Shown one piece after another: positions 17,401 through 26,516 of a stretch of 64,000 bases of DNA. Both the position numbers and the translations under genes were made by a program. The stretch is from an uncultured Pseudomonadota bacterium. Its GTDB lineage: Bacteria > Babelota > Babeliae > Babelales > RVW-14. Location of the stretch: the NCBI GenBank assembly GCA_964354855.1, contig CAYHBO010000004.1:213-64212 (forward strand). The letters run 5' to 3'. The notes beneath the pieces are model-generated. The model ran no database searches and was not told the DNA's origin. It saw only the letters and a program-made list of their open reading frames with translations. Within the stretch, counting starts at the first letter, position 1; each line of letters opens with the position of its first letter.

Positions 17401-20365
17401 GTCCAAAACCGGTGAAGTTCGTATCGTTTACATTTCCATGATCATAGAATTTAACGACCGAGGTATTGTTTCCAGCCTGCCCTTTAACATCTGGGGTACT
17501 GCCATCAATTTGCGTAAATAATCCATCAGCTAACAAGACCGGAACATCTTTAACAACCCAACGTACACCTGATGAATTTAATGACTCGAACAGATGTAAG
17601 GTTGAACTATACAATTGAATTTCCGGTAAACGCCAACGATCACGATCAGTTAATGAGTTAATGTCTCCTGTGTCAAACGTGAAAAAGCGTGATGCAAAAT
17701 AATTACGTTCTCCACCAACTATGGATGCTTCAGATGCCGCTGGATTACCGTCAACCAGTTTTGTAACGTCACTATGAACAAAATTAGTGTTCATAACATA
17801 TAAGTTATCGTTCAAAAATATCGCTGGAGAATTATAACGATTATAATTATCGCCAATCACCAATGGACGGTTGTCTATTTCATTACCGGTATAGTCAATA
17901 GCGATAGTCGGCATATTTACAATACCTGCTTGTGAAACAACGCTTGAATAGCTACGCGCACCGCAAGCATTAAGAGGATCAAGCACCGTATTACTTGGGT
18001 ATGACCAAACAATACACTTTCCTTCAACTTCAAGGACGTGTTGCCCTTCTCCACTTAAAACAACACTCAGCGATCCATCACAACATTTTTCTGTTGTACC
18101 TGACTGATTAGCATCTACCGGTGCAGAAAGGTTATAACCATCATAATTACCATGACCAACAAGTAATACTTCATTAAAGTTTAACGAAGGATTATCAATT
18201 GGATTATCACTAGTACTACACTCACCACTTTCTTCACCACCACTAAGATTAACTGCAAATTTTGGTGTTCTGAAAGCAGCTGCTTGCTCTATATGACTAG
18301 GGCTTCTTAGTTGTGATGGAATTAATGAACTCCAAAAATTATAAATATAACCTAGTTTTGAAGAACCTGACGCTCTTAAAAGTACGGTACCATCACCACG
18401 AAGATTAACGCGTGCACATATAGGACGATCACGCAAGAGAGGGTTTGCAGCCTCAAACGATGAAAGACCTTGTAAAAACAACGTTGTATCAAGTCCGTCT
18501 ATAACTAAGGCAGCTGGATTTTTCGGTTTAATCAACGATTCAGCATCAACCGAATTATTCGAGTAGTCATTAATCGCAAGAAGATCCGCTTGATTAATCG
18601 ACCCTGCAACATAGTCTAAGAAGGTATTATGATTAATATCCAATGCTCCGTTAATACCTACAACAAAACCATTACGCACATTTCTAAGGTAAACATTATT
18701 ATGTATGTTCAAACCTTTTGAATAAGACCAATCATAACCAAATATAAATGTTGGGCCTCCTGTCTCTTGTGTAAAACAATTAAATGCTGGTTCAGTAAAA
18801 GAACAACAATCTCTTAAAGCCTCTTTCTTTGCAGCAGCACTTCTTTTCCCCTTAACCGATTTAGTCGGCGAATCTTTAAGAAGTGATCTAGATAAGTTAT
18901 TCGGCGTATTAAGGAAATCAAGATAAGGATCAGCAGCTCGTTTACTTACCGACTGACAATCGTTAATCACTAAAAGACCACGTCTTTTTTGAGGATTATA
19001 CGACTTACTTACATCTCTATTGTTATAGAATTGATCATCAGTTACACGAACAATGGCTTGTCCACCAGCGGGTTCTGAATAATTAAGTTTTGTCCGAATA
19101 TCAACTGGGTTAAAACTCTTAACATAATGTCCTGCAACAATAAATGATCCTTCATTGAATGGATATTTTTTATTAATGGCTAGATATCCAGGATCAGATG
19201 TTGCAAAAAGATTCGTGTCAAATCCAAAAGTATATGCACCAAGAATAAATAGAACCATACGACCTTGGCCATTGTTTGATGGATCAAACGCAACGGAAGC
19301 AAAATTGCCAAAATCTGCGTTTGATTCATGCGCAATACCGGTACCATCAGTAGAAACAAAGGAGAATATGGAGTTATGACCAATTACAATACCAACACGA
19401 CTGTCATTAGTACAAGTACCATTTGAGTTAAGGCTTGTCCGTTGAAATACAACCTTATCTGAGAAGCAATTTACATCAGCCTGTGTTTGTTCCATCGTAA
19501 CAAATACTTTGGTACCACCAGCTTTATTACTGAGCCCATTTAAAGCACTTCCTGAACAAGTGTCTATAGAATTACAGGTATCAATACCTCCAATAAATTT
19601 GACCAATGTTCCGTCATCTAGATTGAAAACTACTCTTCCCTTGCCAGCAAAGGTAATGAACATATCAAGAGGTTCAAAATTTGCACAAGCATCTTCACCT
19701 TCACCGCTACGGGTGAATTCTAAGCCTTTAATGTTCTCAAAAGCTGACTTCTTTACACCACTTCTTAATGTAGATGATCCAAGAGTGCGGCCTTGAAAAA
19801 CAAGGTTATTCTTAACATTAACGGTAATTGTTTTCCCACGACTTGGATTGAAGTAAATCTGAGCATGTCCCGTCCCTGAGTTACTGCCACCATCCCCAAA
19901 GTCATCTCCGGTTGGATCAATATAAGGAACAATAGTAGTTGCGGTTTCAATATTCACCGTCATATCAACTGTATCTGCAATCAGAGAAATATCCCCATCA
20001 ATTTTAAGAGGACAATCTGCACCGGTTTTGTTTAATAAACCATAAATGTTAAGAGTGCTATCACCTTGAGTAGCGGTAAAGCTGGTATTCGATGTATGAT
20101 TACGTGAATTCTTTTGCTTCTTAGCAGCAAGCTCACCTTTTTTTGCTTCATCCTTGTCTCGAAACATTAGTACATCTACAACACTGTCCCCACTTGCGTA
20201 AGTATCACATGGGCCACTTGGCGTAGAATTATTATAGGCATAGTTAACACCATTAACCTCTTGTACACAATCCCCAACAGGTACCCAGTCAAACGCCATT
20301 ACTGATAACGGCGACGTGATTAATCCTGCTGAAAGGAGCAGTGCTTTAAGTCTATTTTGTATCAT
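14477..20365 (-). CDS. Giant secreted surface protein (1962 aa), N/G/T/S/V-rich, probably beta-helical; adhesin or S-layer-like candidate
   Basis: Uninterrupted ORF. Preferred start is ATG 20365, preceded by aagggagag. Signal peptide MIQNRLKALLLSAGLITSPLSVMA. No recognisable catalytic domain. The track start at 20473 lacks an RBS. Confidence 0.75.
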   Translation of the reverse strand: MIQNRLKALLLSAGLITSPLSVMAFDWVPVGDCVQEVNGVNYAYNNSTPSGPCDTYASGDSVVDVLMFRDKDEAKKGELAAKKQKNSRNHTSNTSFTATQGDSTLNIYGLLNKTGADCPLKIDGDISLIADTVDMTVNIETATTIVPYIDPTGDDFGDGGSNSGTGHAQIYFNPSRGKTITVNVKNNLVFQGRTLGSSTLRSGVKKSAFENIKGLEFTRSGEGEDACANFEPLDMFITFAGKGRVVFNLDDGTLVKFIGGIDTCNSIDTCSGSALNGLSNKAGGTKVFVTMEQTQADVNCFSDKVVFQRTSLNSNGTCTNDSRVGIVIGHNSIFSFVSTDGTGIAHESNADFGNFASVAFDPSNNGQGRMVLFILGAYTFGFDTNLFATSDPGYLAINKKYPFNEGSFIVAGHYVKSFNPVDIRTKLNYSEPAGGQAIVRVTDDQFYNNRDVSKSYNPQKRRGLLVINDCQSVSKRAADPYLDFLNTPNNLSRSLLKDSPTKSVKGKRSAAAKKEALRDCCSFTEPAFNCFTQETGGPTFIFGYDWSYSKGLNIHNNVYLRNVRNGFVVGINGALDINHNTFLDYVAGSINQADLLAINDYSNNSVDAESLIKPKNPAALVIDGLDTTLFLQGLSSFEAANPLLRDRPICARVNLRGDGTVLLRASGSSKLGYIYNFWSSLIPSQLRSPSHIEQAAAFRTPKFAVNLSGGEESGECSTSDNPIDNPSLNFNEVLLVGHGNYDGYNLSAPVDANQSGTTEKCCDGSLSVVLSGEGQHVLEVEGKCIVWSYPSNTVLDPLNACGARSYSSVVSQAGIVNMPTIAIDYTGNEIDNRPLVIGDNYNRYNSPAIFLNDNLYVMNTNFVHSDVTKLVDGNPAASEASIVGGERNYFASRFFTFDTGDINSLTDRDRWRLPEIQLYSSTLHLFESLNSSGVRWVVKDVPVLLADGLFTQIDGSTPDVKGQAGNNTSVVKFYDHGNVNDTNFTGFGRVLQQGSLHNTMVDGHTTTWTTQDCYWNVFKSNAPSTNSDDLSASVLLELQNGNQFPDSVVASGDSVSDQFAAQRAHHLFLGSVLDQGGTNIALGWPVESGQFARTRSLNNAYPYMNTVYPLNYAAQESISTNPNDLFSLDAFLVPPATVSINANYICWGGFNTDGSSVLSPVNRDNNQGVMYVNHGGEITITRPNDSNLKSQPYVTVVDTVIAQKISNDYNLAGNDRVQQLTGIVDLPHDQSIFAKGAGVQPYGFTQAMFAERSADTAGYVRMSFANTSRIVGDQSGANEVMINWFNREGNNAVFQPFPTRSTASWLNSIKSIHTRATETVKVPVVKPTNLLYIGTNDDIRQFKVAGASLSDPLVFEVSGDEVLPIPGRVREFITIPRSQDLPGGDHMVGEGDNARLYLDFGGRIGLGNALYNQSSVKAWTRLGKGYVQILPLGDGVIDVNSNLIIADRLALVATTSFSQNTGAGTDDDPIVGHSNRLTFYSEVPREIRIPAGEELDLSSFGQAPGTQQICFGGNLKLIFEEGSILRFPNASDAVVRDINGDIVMNGGDGEDSATPAAPVVIYLNDNAQMIFEGPIEPNTNTQPYVLASNADQQRCKIIGKGQIWLDKNAKLSVVRTGSVGVESDLQTPQTDVVISLHRQSQFNIGDEVLSGGAFQVGNSADVGSGSYINFTLQHLFGGNPRTHIDRQGFFGLGAGVIDKNGNVNGDATAANNPVMNGTVAALDGHGFPIFTPETEPANGWTIQALFNVNNIKIDLQSGRFEHNRIANGADLSASLFAVGPASQWNFRLNGPTNTQVVGGGNMMLVPSGTPDIFANVWDFAGVQADGEQYSLMASAPMIFRRTDLPSYTLLNDTAKKVSSGVQFTVNTLADFFNLMTCTNIGTQNQMLAAVGTGNFVFTAGFINLNNNPTDIYPADTSKIVRDIAPVLLPKGNIALGLTTGTLIGNGLNAPRDPLQFSFYLAN

Positions 20366-20901
20366 CGGCTCTCCCTTCTTATGAAATAACATAAAACACC
20401 ATGTTTTACTTTTTTCTTTCGGCTTGCTGTATGTCACACAGCCTCCTTTCCTTTTCAAAGAAATCATTTTCAAGAATGTATAAAAAATAAATGATTACCT
20501 AGGGACCTAGGCTAAAGCGGGAATAGTAAGGAACTAAAAAAAATTTTTTAGGTCGGCAGACAGCATATTGATGACCAATAATAAGCCCTAATGACTCTTT
20601 CCTCACAAAGCTCTCCCTTTTCTCTCTTCTCTTCATTATTACCATCCAAAAGATCTTTGGCGTAAAAATTATACTAAATTTAACCATAACTCACGTCCTC
20701 CAAATGTCAAGGAAAGGACGGGAGCAGAAAATAACATAATTTTTTAGACCCAATGACCGGTTTACGCTAAACTACTTAGTAACAATATTTTATAATTCTC
20801 TTAAAATTTATCGCGAGCTAACCAATAAAACGCCTCCAGTGTAGTTAATGGACCAGTAAGAAAGTAAAGACTTTCTTTAAAATTGTTTCAGGAGTTTAAA
20901 A

Positions 20902-22149
20902 ATGCAGAATAAATCAATACCGTTTTTTTCCTTAGGAAAGCAAGCAGCTCAGTACAAGCCTCTCTTCCTTGAAGAGATATCCAAGGTTTTAGACAATCAA
21001 AATTTTGTTGGCGGCGCAACCGTTCAACAGTTTGAAACCAAACTAGCCACCTATCTTAACGCACCACACGTAATATCATGCAATTCGGGAACCGATGCTT
21101 TATGGCTCGCGCTTAAAGCACTTGATCTCCAACCAAACAGTATTGTTCTTACAACACCGTTTTCATTCATTGCATCTTCAAGCGAGATTGTTGCATTGGG
21201 CGCTCACCCTGTATTCATGGACATTGACGAAGAATCATTCAATCTTAATCCATCACTCCTAGAGGAATGGCTTACGGTCAACGCGGTCAAGAAAAAAGGC
21301 CAAACCATCCACAAAGAAACCGGTCTACCAATCGTCGGAACCGTTATTGTTGATCTTTTCGGACAATGTGCCGCGTTTACAGCCATTAAAGAAATCACCA
21401 AGAAATGGGGCCTCTGGATTGTAGAAGACGCCTGCCAAGCAATCGGCGCTACCGAAGATGGAAAAAAAGCCGGCACCCTTGGTGACATTGGAACGCTTTC
21501 ATTCTATCCAACAAAAAACTTAGGCGCTTATGGTGAAGGTGGTGCATGCATAACCAATGAACCTTACCTAGCTGAACGCTTATTCAAACTACGCAACCAT
21601 GGTCGTAAAATGAATTATGACTATGAAGAACTTGGCATTAACAGCCGCCTTGATGGCATACAAGCGGCCGTTCTTTCCATTAAACTTGATCTGCTTGATG
21701 GCTTCAATGAACGCCGTCGAGTTATTGCAAAACAATACCAAGAAAAGCTTGCCGGTCTTAGCTCTATCAAGCTTCCACAAGAAGTTTATGGTCATCATGT
21801 GTACCATCAATTTTGCGTCACCACACAAACTAATGAAATGCGTATCCAACTCCAAAAGCATCTGACCGATGCCGGGATTGGTACTAACATTTTCTATCCA
21901 AAGTCATTGTTCGATATTCCATTTTTAGTTACCCATAAAAACCTCATCAACCCTTGCCCAATAACACGCCACAAGACAGCGACCATACTAGCTCTACCAA
22001 TTTGGCCTGAACTTGAAGATGAAGATATCGATTACATCTGTGAAAAAATTAAAGCATTTGATCAGAAATATACACCTGAGCAAAAACAACCGGTTGAAAA
22101 AAAACGCATGAAAAAAGAAGAACGCACTCAACAGATCTCGTTATTTTAA
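20902..22149 (+). CDS. DegT/DnrJ/EryC1/StrS-family sugar aminotransferase with Lys-rich C-terminal extension
   Basis: SFYPTKNLGAYGEGGACITN, NSRLDGIQAAVL and the N-terminal FVGG motif. SD aggag. Confidence 0.9.
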   Translation: MQNKSIPFFSLGKQAAQYKPLFLEEISKVLDNQNFVGGATVQQFETKLATYLNAPHVISCNSGTDALWLALKALDLQPNSIVLTTPFSFIASSSEIVALGAHPVFMDIDEESFNLNPSLLEEWLTVNAVKKKGQTIHKETGLPIVGTVIVDLFGQCAAFTAIKEITKKWGLWIVEDACQAIGATEDGKKAGTLGDIGTLSFYPTKNLGAYGEGGACITNEPYLAERLFKLRNHGRKMNYDYEELGINSRLDGIQAAVLSIKLDLLDGFNERRRVIAKQYQEKLAGLSSIKLPQEVYGHHVYHQFCVTTQTNEMRIQLQKHLTDAGIGTNIFYPKSLFDIPFLVTHKNLINPCPITRHKTATILALPIWPELEDEDIDYICEKIKAFDQKYTPEQKQPVEKKRMKKEERTQQISLF

Positions 22150-22150
22150 T

Positions 22151-22771
22151 ATGAAACACGGCACCTATATCGCCATAGAAGGCATGGATGGGTGTGGAAA
22201 AACCACACTCATCACGCTCCTTAAAGAGCATCTTATCAAAGAAAATATCCCCGCAGTTTTTACTAAAGAACCGGGAGGGTCTGCTATTGGCAAACCCTTA
22301 AATGCTCTTTTACAACTACAAAAATCCGTTTCACTTGATGCAAAAACCGAATATTTACTATTCGCCGCAGACCGCGCACAACATCGCCATGAAATGATCA
22401 AGCCACTCCTTGAAGCGGGCAACATTATCATCAGTGACCGCTGGGCAGACTCATCCTTGGCATACCAAGGATACGGTCTAGGACTTAATAAAAAAATGAT
22501 TCGTCAAATAAATCAATGGGCGATGAACAACATACAACCAGATCTGGTTATTTACTTACACATCAACCCAGAACAATCAATGGAACGAATTAGAGCTCAT
22601 CGATCTGAACTCACCACCTGTGAACTCAGACCGTTAAGCTTTTGGAAAAAAGTGTATCAGGGGTATAGTGAGATTTTTAAAGGACGTACCAATATTGTTA
22701 CCATTGATGCCACGAATGATCCGGCAACAGTCATGAAACAGGCATGGGACGCGATTCAAAAGCACCTATGA
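22151..22771 (+). CDS. tmk: Thymidylate kinase
   Basis: P-loop IAIEGMDGCGKTT, and the DRWADSSLAYQG motif. Confidence 0.9.
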   Translation: MKHGTYIAIEGMDGCGKTTLITLLKEHLIKENIPAVFTKEPGGSAIGKPLNALLQLQKSVSLDAKTEYLLFAADRAQHRHEMIKPLLEAGNIIISDRWADSSLAYQGYGLGLNKKMIRQINQWAMNNIQPDLVIYLHINPEQSMERIRAHRSELTTCELRPLSFWKKVYQGYSEIFKGRTNIVTIDATNDPATVMKQAWDAIQKHL

Positions 22772-23511
22772 ACAACACCCTCATCCCAACGCAACTCTTT
22801 GTCGGCAACGGCATTGACCTGATTCAGCACGTCGAACAATATCTTCAGCAACGCTTGTGTAGTAATCCACAAGAACCCGCTGGCTGTTTTTGTACTTCTT
22901 GCAGACAAATCAAAAATCACCAACATCAAAAACTCCTCTGGCTCAAACCTGAACGAGATTATAAACTTCAAGACATCGAAGTTATTTTTGAACGCACCGC
23001 TTTTTCACTTGATCAAAATGACCACTATTTCTTTGTACTTGAACAGGCGGACACCTTCAATGTCGCCACAGGGAATAGGCTTCTCAAACTTCTTGAAGAA
23101 CCTCCAACGGGATACAATTTTATCCTGATGACCAACAACGAAGACGCAATCCTTAAAACCATTGTATCGCGTTGCCACATCGTACGCTTAGATCAAACAC
23201 AAGAAGATGCATCCCTACACCCTCTACTCGCTTTTTTCATGATCCCGCATCGCCGCGATGACCCATTCGCCTTTGAACAGTTAATTAAACAACTACATCT
23301 TTCAGATAATCAAAGTGTCCAACTCGCCAACCAACTCATGAACCAACTTTTCCAAAAAATGACCCTGGCTTACGAACAAGATATTGAGATTGTTGAAACG
23401 TACCAGGGCCTTTTAAGTATCGTTCAAAAAGCATTACTCAAGCCACCACAGTCAGGGAGCTCCGAAATTTTCTGGAAAAATATTTATCTTCAGTTTGATG
23501 CATGGCTATGA
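22768..23511 (+). CDS. holB: DNA polymerase III delta' subunit (short form)
   Basis: ATGA overlap with the tmk stop. NRLLKLLEEPP, SRCHIVRL and the Cys cluster CFCTSC. Conserved tmk-holB linkage. Confidence 0.8.
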   Translation: MNNTLIPTQLFVGNGIDLIQHVEQYLQQRLCSNPQEPAGCFCTSCRQIKNHQHQKLLWLKPERDYKLQDIEVIFERTAFSLDQNDHYFFVLEQADTFNVATGNRLLKLLEEPPTGYNFILMTNNEDAILKTIVSRCHIVRLDQTQEDASLHPLLAFFMIPHRRDDPFAFEQLIKQLHLSDNQSVQLANQLMNQLFQKMTLAYEQDIEIVETYQGLLSIVQKALLKPPQSGSSEIFWKNIYLQFDAWL

Positions 23512-24461
23512 TCGCAATTCGTCGCTTCCTCCTCAACGCCATGCAGACGCAACTTCTCCTCTCCATCATGGCGCTCCCCATTTTAGTCCATTGGGGCTTG
23601 CCCATGTCTCTCATGACACTTGTCGGCAATTTAATTTTCACGCCCATCTTAACCATCATGCTGATTATCAGCTCACTTATTTTTTTTACTGAACTTTGTT
23701 TCGTACCGAACAGCTATCTCTTAAACATTTTGGACATGCTCGTGTATGCCTGGAACAACTGTCTACACCTAGGCAATGCCGGATGGATGATGGGGTTTGT
23801 TCACCCGGGAATTATCATTCTTACACTTATTCCCGTAAGCACTTTCATTTTTCTAAAGAGTCGCTGGGGAAAAACACTTGAACAACGAGTCGCGGGTATG
23901 GCTGCGTTACTTATCACCAGCTGCTTCGTGCTGTGGGGCTATGGCAGACTTCAAGAACCAATAACACTCAAGCATGATAAATTCACTGTCTCAACAGACA
24001 CTCACCATCACTTAACTTTTATTGATAACGGCTATTTCAATAAAAAAGCAACTCCAGACAAAGGCGTTGAGTTTGATCTCAAGCCATATCTCACTAAAAA
24101 ATTCGGAACTCCTATCATTAATCATCTCATCCTAAATAAACCATCTCAAAGAAGTTTTTTAGGAGCTCTTGCTCTTTGTGAAAATTATATGATACAAAAA
24201 ATCACTGTTCCATTTTGGAAGCAAAAAGATAATAACCAAAAAATTTGCTGGGCTTATGGTAAATTAAAACGAAAAACACAAGAACTTAAGATTACTTTAA
24301 ACCGCAGCGGTACCGGAGTAAGTGATGAAAAAAATATTACTAGTACTAGTCCTTCTAGGCGAAATAACCGTTCATCAAAGCAATACAATGATACCAAAGA
24401 AATCAACAGTAAGAATACCCACAACAATATCCAACCCAAAAAAAACTTCAATCCTTCATGA
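23502..24461 (+). CDS. Truncated/degenerate ComEC/Rec2-like membrane protein
   Basis: TM-rich N-terminus resembles the ComEC competence domain (TQLLLSIMALPILVHWGLPMSLMTLVGNLIFTPIL). LTFIDNGYF sits where the metallo-beta-lactamase domain begins, but no HxHxDH is seen. The K/N-rich tail overlaps the next gene. Confidence 0.5.
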   Translation: MAMIAIRRFLLNAMQTQLLLSIMALPILVHWGLPMSLMTLVGNLIFTPILTIMLIISSLIFFTELCFVPNSYLLNILDMLVYAWNNCLHLGNAGWMMGFVHPGIIILTLIPVSTFIFLKSRWGKTLEQRVAGMAALLITSCFVLWGYGRLQEPITLKHDKFTVSTDTHHHLTFIDNGYFNKKATPDKGVEFDLKPYLTKKFGTPIINHLILNKPSQRSFLGALALCENYMIQKITVPFWKQKDNNQKICWAYGKLKRKTQELKITLNRSGTGVSDEKNITSTSPSRRNNRSSKQYNDTKEINSKNTHNNIQPKKNFNPS

Positions 24462-24900
24462 AGAACGTACTCCATGTTTGCCTCCACTAGCCGCAGCCTA
24501 CGAATGTTTATTTTGTCTCATAAATTTAATCAAGCAAACCCCAAGAATTATTACCCAACATTTTAATGGAAAAACACTTCTCCATCATGCAGCAAGTGGA
24601 TATATATCTGAAGATGTTAGAGGAGATACTACGAATGCAATGGACCTTCTACTAAGCAATGGCGCTGATATCAATGCCACTGCAAGCAAAGAAAATTTTT
24701 TGGGGTGTACCCCTCTTGCGTTTGCACTTCTTAATGATTATGTGGAAGGAGCTCGATGGCTTTTAAATCGAAAGGCAACAATTTGTGAATCAGCACGTCT
24801 ATACGCTCGCTGGCATAACATTGATTTGAATAACCAATCATTACCAAGATCTTCTTCTGATAAAGAAGAATGGATAAATATTTCTCCTCCATCAGAGTGA
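24325..24900 (+). CDS. Secreted CxxC-ankyrin repeat protein, paralog 1
   Basis: SD ggagtaa. Signal peptide MKKILLVLVLLGEITVHQSNT|M. ECLFCL. ANK repeats GKTLLHHAASGY...LLLSNGADINA and GCTPLAFALLNDYVEGARWLL. Confidence 0.8.
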   Translation: MKKILLVLVLLGEITVHQSNTMIPKKSTVRIPTTISNPKKTSILHEERTPCLPPLAAAYECLFCLINLIKQTPRIITQHFNGKTLLHHAASGYISEDVRGDTTNAMDLLLSNGADINATASKENFLGCTPLAFALLNDYVEGARWLLNRKATICESARLYARWHNIDLNNQSLPRSSSDKEEWINISPPSE

Positions 24901-24977
24901 ATCAATCATCTGAACGTAGGGTTTGTTACACTAGAACGAAAATAATAAAGCTGAACTTCACATTATTGGAGAGTAGT

Positions 24978-25691
24978 ATGAAGACCATAAGTTTACTACT
25001 GGCTATCGTTGCTACATGCACGTCAAACCAAAGCAACTCCATGCAACCAAAACCTCAACCAACAAAAACAGGCACAGAAGCCCAAACAGATGAATCTGTT
25101 TATTGTATTCGATCTCAATGGGGTCTTGATACAAACACATGCTCTCTTTCTCAGTCCATAGAACACGAATGTTTAAACTGCCTTAGAAGAGCTCTTGATG
25201 AACAACCAGAACTCATTAATCAAGTCGACAACGGGCTTACGCTGCTACACTTCGCAGCAGCACATGGCAAGATTGAAGCCATGTCTCTCTTATTAGCTCA
25301 TGGTGCCCATATCAATGCCATATCTTCTGATCCAAAATACAAAGATTATACCGCGCTTTGTTTTAGCATCAAATTCAACTACCCCCTCTGCGTTGAATTT
25401 CTTGTAAAAAGCAAAGCAGCATTAGAATCGGCCAGGATCATTGCTCAACAATGTAAAATCGATTTGGAATCAATCATAAAACGATATACATCAATCGAAA
25501 TACCTCAACAAAGAGCGCCACTGACAACTCAAGAGTATAACCGCCCTATAAATAACCTCCCTTCAACAGCCGTAAGTGCACCTAATCTGACTCAAACAAA
25601 TCTCGATAAAGAATGGGAGATGGTACCTCATCCTCCACAGAAGACTACTGTCCCAAAAACTGGATCTTGGGATGATGAAGGATTAGATTAA
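24978..25691 (+). CDS. Secreted CxxC-ankyrin repeat protein, paralog 2
   Basis: SD ggagag. Signal peptide MKTISLLLAIVATCTSNQSNS|MQ. ECLNCL. GLTLLHFAAAHGKIEAMSLLLAHGAHINA. Confidence 0.8.
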   Translation: MKTISLLLAIVATCTSNQSNSMQPKPQPTKTGTEAQTDESVYCIRSQWGLDTNTCSLSQSIEHECLNCLRRALDEQPELINQVDNGLTLLHFAAAHGKIEAMSLLLAHGAHINAISSDPKYKDYTALCFSIKFNYPLCVEFLVKSKAALESARIIAQQCKIDLESIIKRYTSIEIPQQRAPLTTQEYNRPINNLPSTAVSAPNLTQTNLDKEWEMVPHPPQKTTVPKTGSWDDEGLD

Positions 25692-25809
25692 AAAGACTAA
25701 ATCACATAAGTCTCAACAATTTTTCTACAGCTCTTGTGCTTTACCAAAATTATTAGGTACAACCTTAAATACTCAATAGAAAAAAGATGATGTATAGGGG
25801 AAATTGAGA

Positions 25810-26481
25810 ATGAAATATTTAGGGATACTTCTCACCATAGGAATAGGATTAAGTTGTACAGAAATTTATGCGATGCAAAGACAGACCGACTCGCAACCAA
25901 CACCCAGCTGTTGCATATTTAAAAACGAATCATGCTCTCCTCATCAGGCCGCAGCGCGCGACTGTCTTTCTTGCCTTGCTTCATTTATTGTTAGAGTTCA
26001 AAAGAACACAATAGATATCAACATTAAATCTATAACGGGACTTTCACCACTCCATTGCGCAATAAGCTCAGGACAAATAAGAGCTGCTTTCCTATTAATA
26101 GCTGCTGGAGCAAATAAAAATGAAAAATCTCAAGACCCTAATTTTCTAGGATATACACCTCTATGCTTAGGAATCATGAACAATAAACATCATGTAATTG
26201 AATTTCTATTAAGATACGATGTATTACTTGATAACGCCTATGAAGTAGCAGAAAAATATAAATTTGATTTAGAAGAACTTATAAAACGTTTAGAACGAGA
26301 AAAAAATAAAACATTCAAAGAGAGAGAAGCGCAATGCTCTCTTTTACAAAAACCTTCGGTAGAGAAAGAAGTACAAACAGTCGAACGATTATTCAAAGAA
26401 AGTAGTATACAAACAGCAATGACTGGAGATAACCAATGGTATCTTCCAGACGATGCCGACCAAGAGATCGACGATGACTAA
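25810..26481 (+). CDS. Secreted CxxC-ankyrin repeat protein, paralog 3
   Basis: Signal peptide MKYLGILLTIGIGLSCTEIYA|MQ. DCLSCL. GLSPLHCAISSGQIRAAFLLIAAGANKN; GYTPLCLGIMNNKHHVIEFLL. Confidence 0.8.
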   Translation: MKYLGILLTIGIGLSCTEIYAMQRQTDSQPTPSCCIFKNESCSPHQAAARDCLSCLASFIVRVQKNTIDINIKSITGLSPLHCAISSGQIRAAFLLIAAGANKNEKSQDPNFLGYTPLCLGIMNNKHHVIEFLLRYDVLLDNAYEVAEKYKFDLEELIKRLEREKNKTFKEREAQCSLLQKPSVEKEVQTVERLFKESSIQTAMTGDNQWYLPDDADQEIDDD

Positions 26482-26516
26482 AATAAAATTAACAAAAGAA
26501 TCCTGGGAGATTGGAA

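Noticed and set aside
15098-19950. About a dozen 60-100-aa ORFs on both strands within the giant gene (e.g. 15098..15352, 16242..16547, 19509..19796)
   Set aside because: They are nested in a 5.9-kb uninterrupted ORF with a coherent signal peptide and RBS. They have no RBS or domain signals. These are typical shadow ORFs.
14477-20365. Giant protein as a chlamydial Pmp-type or classical autotransporter
   Set aside because: I looked for repeated GGA[ILV] and FxxN motifs and found only one GGAF. No C-terminal beta-barrel-like terminus is present (it ends ...FSFYLAN). The call is left generic.
20499-20687. 62-aa ORF in the 428-nt intergenic region upstream of the giant gene
   Set aside because: It has no SD, no recognisable motif, and lies in a likely promoter region. 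There is insufficient support to call it a gene.
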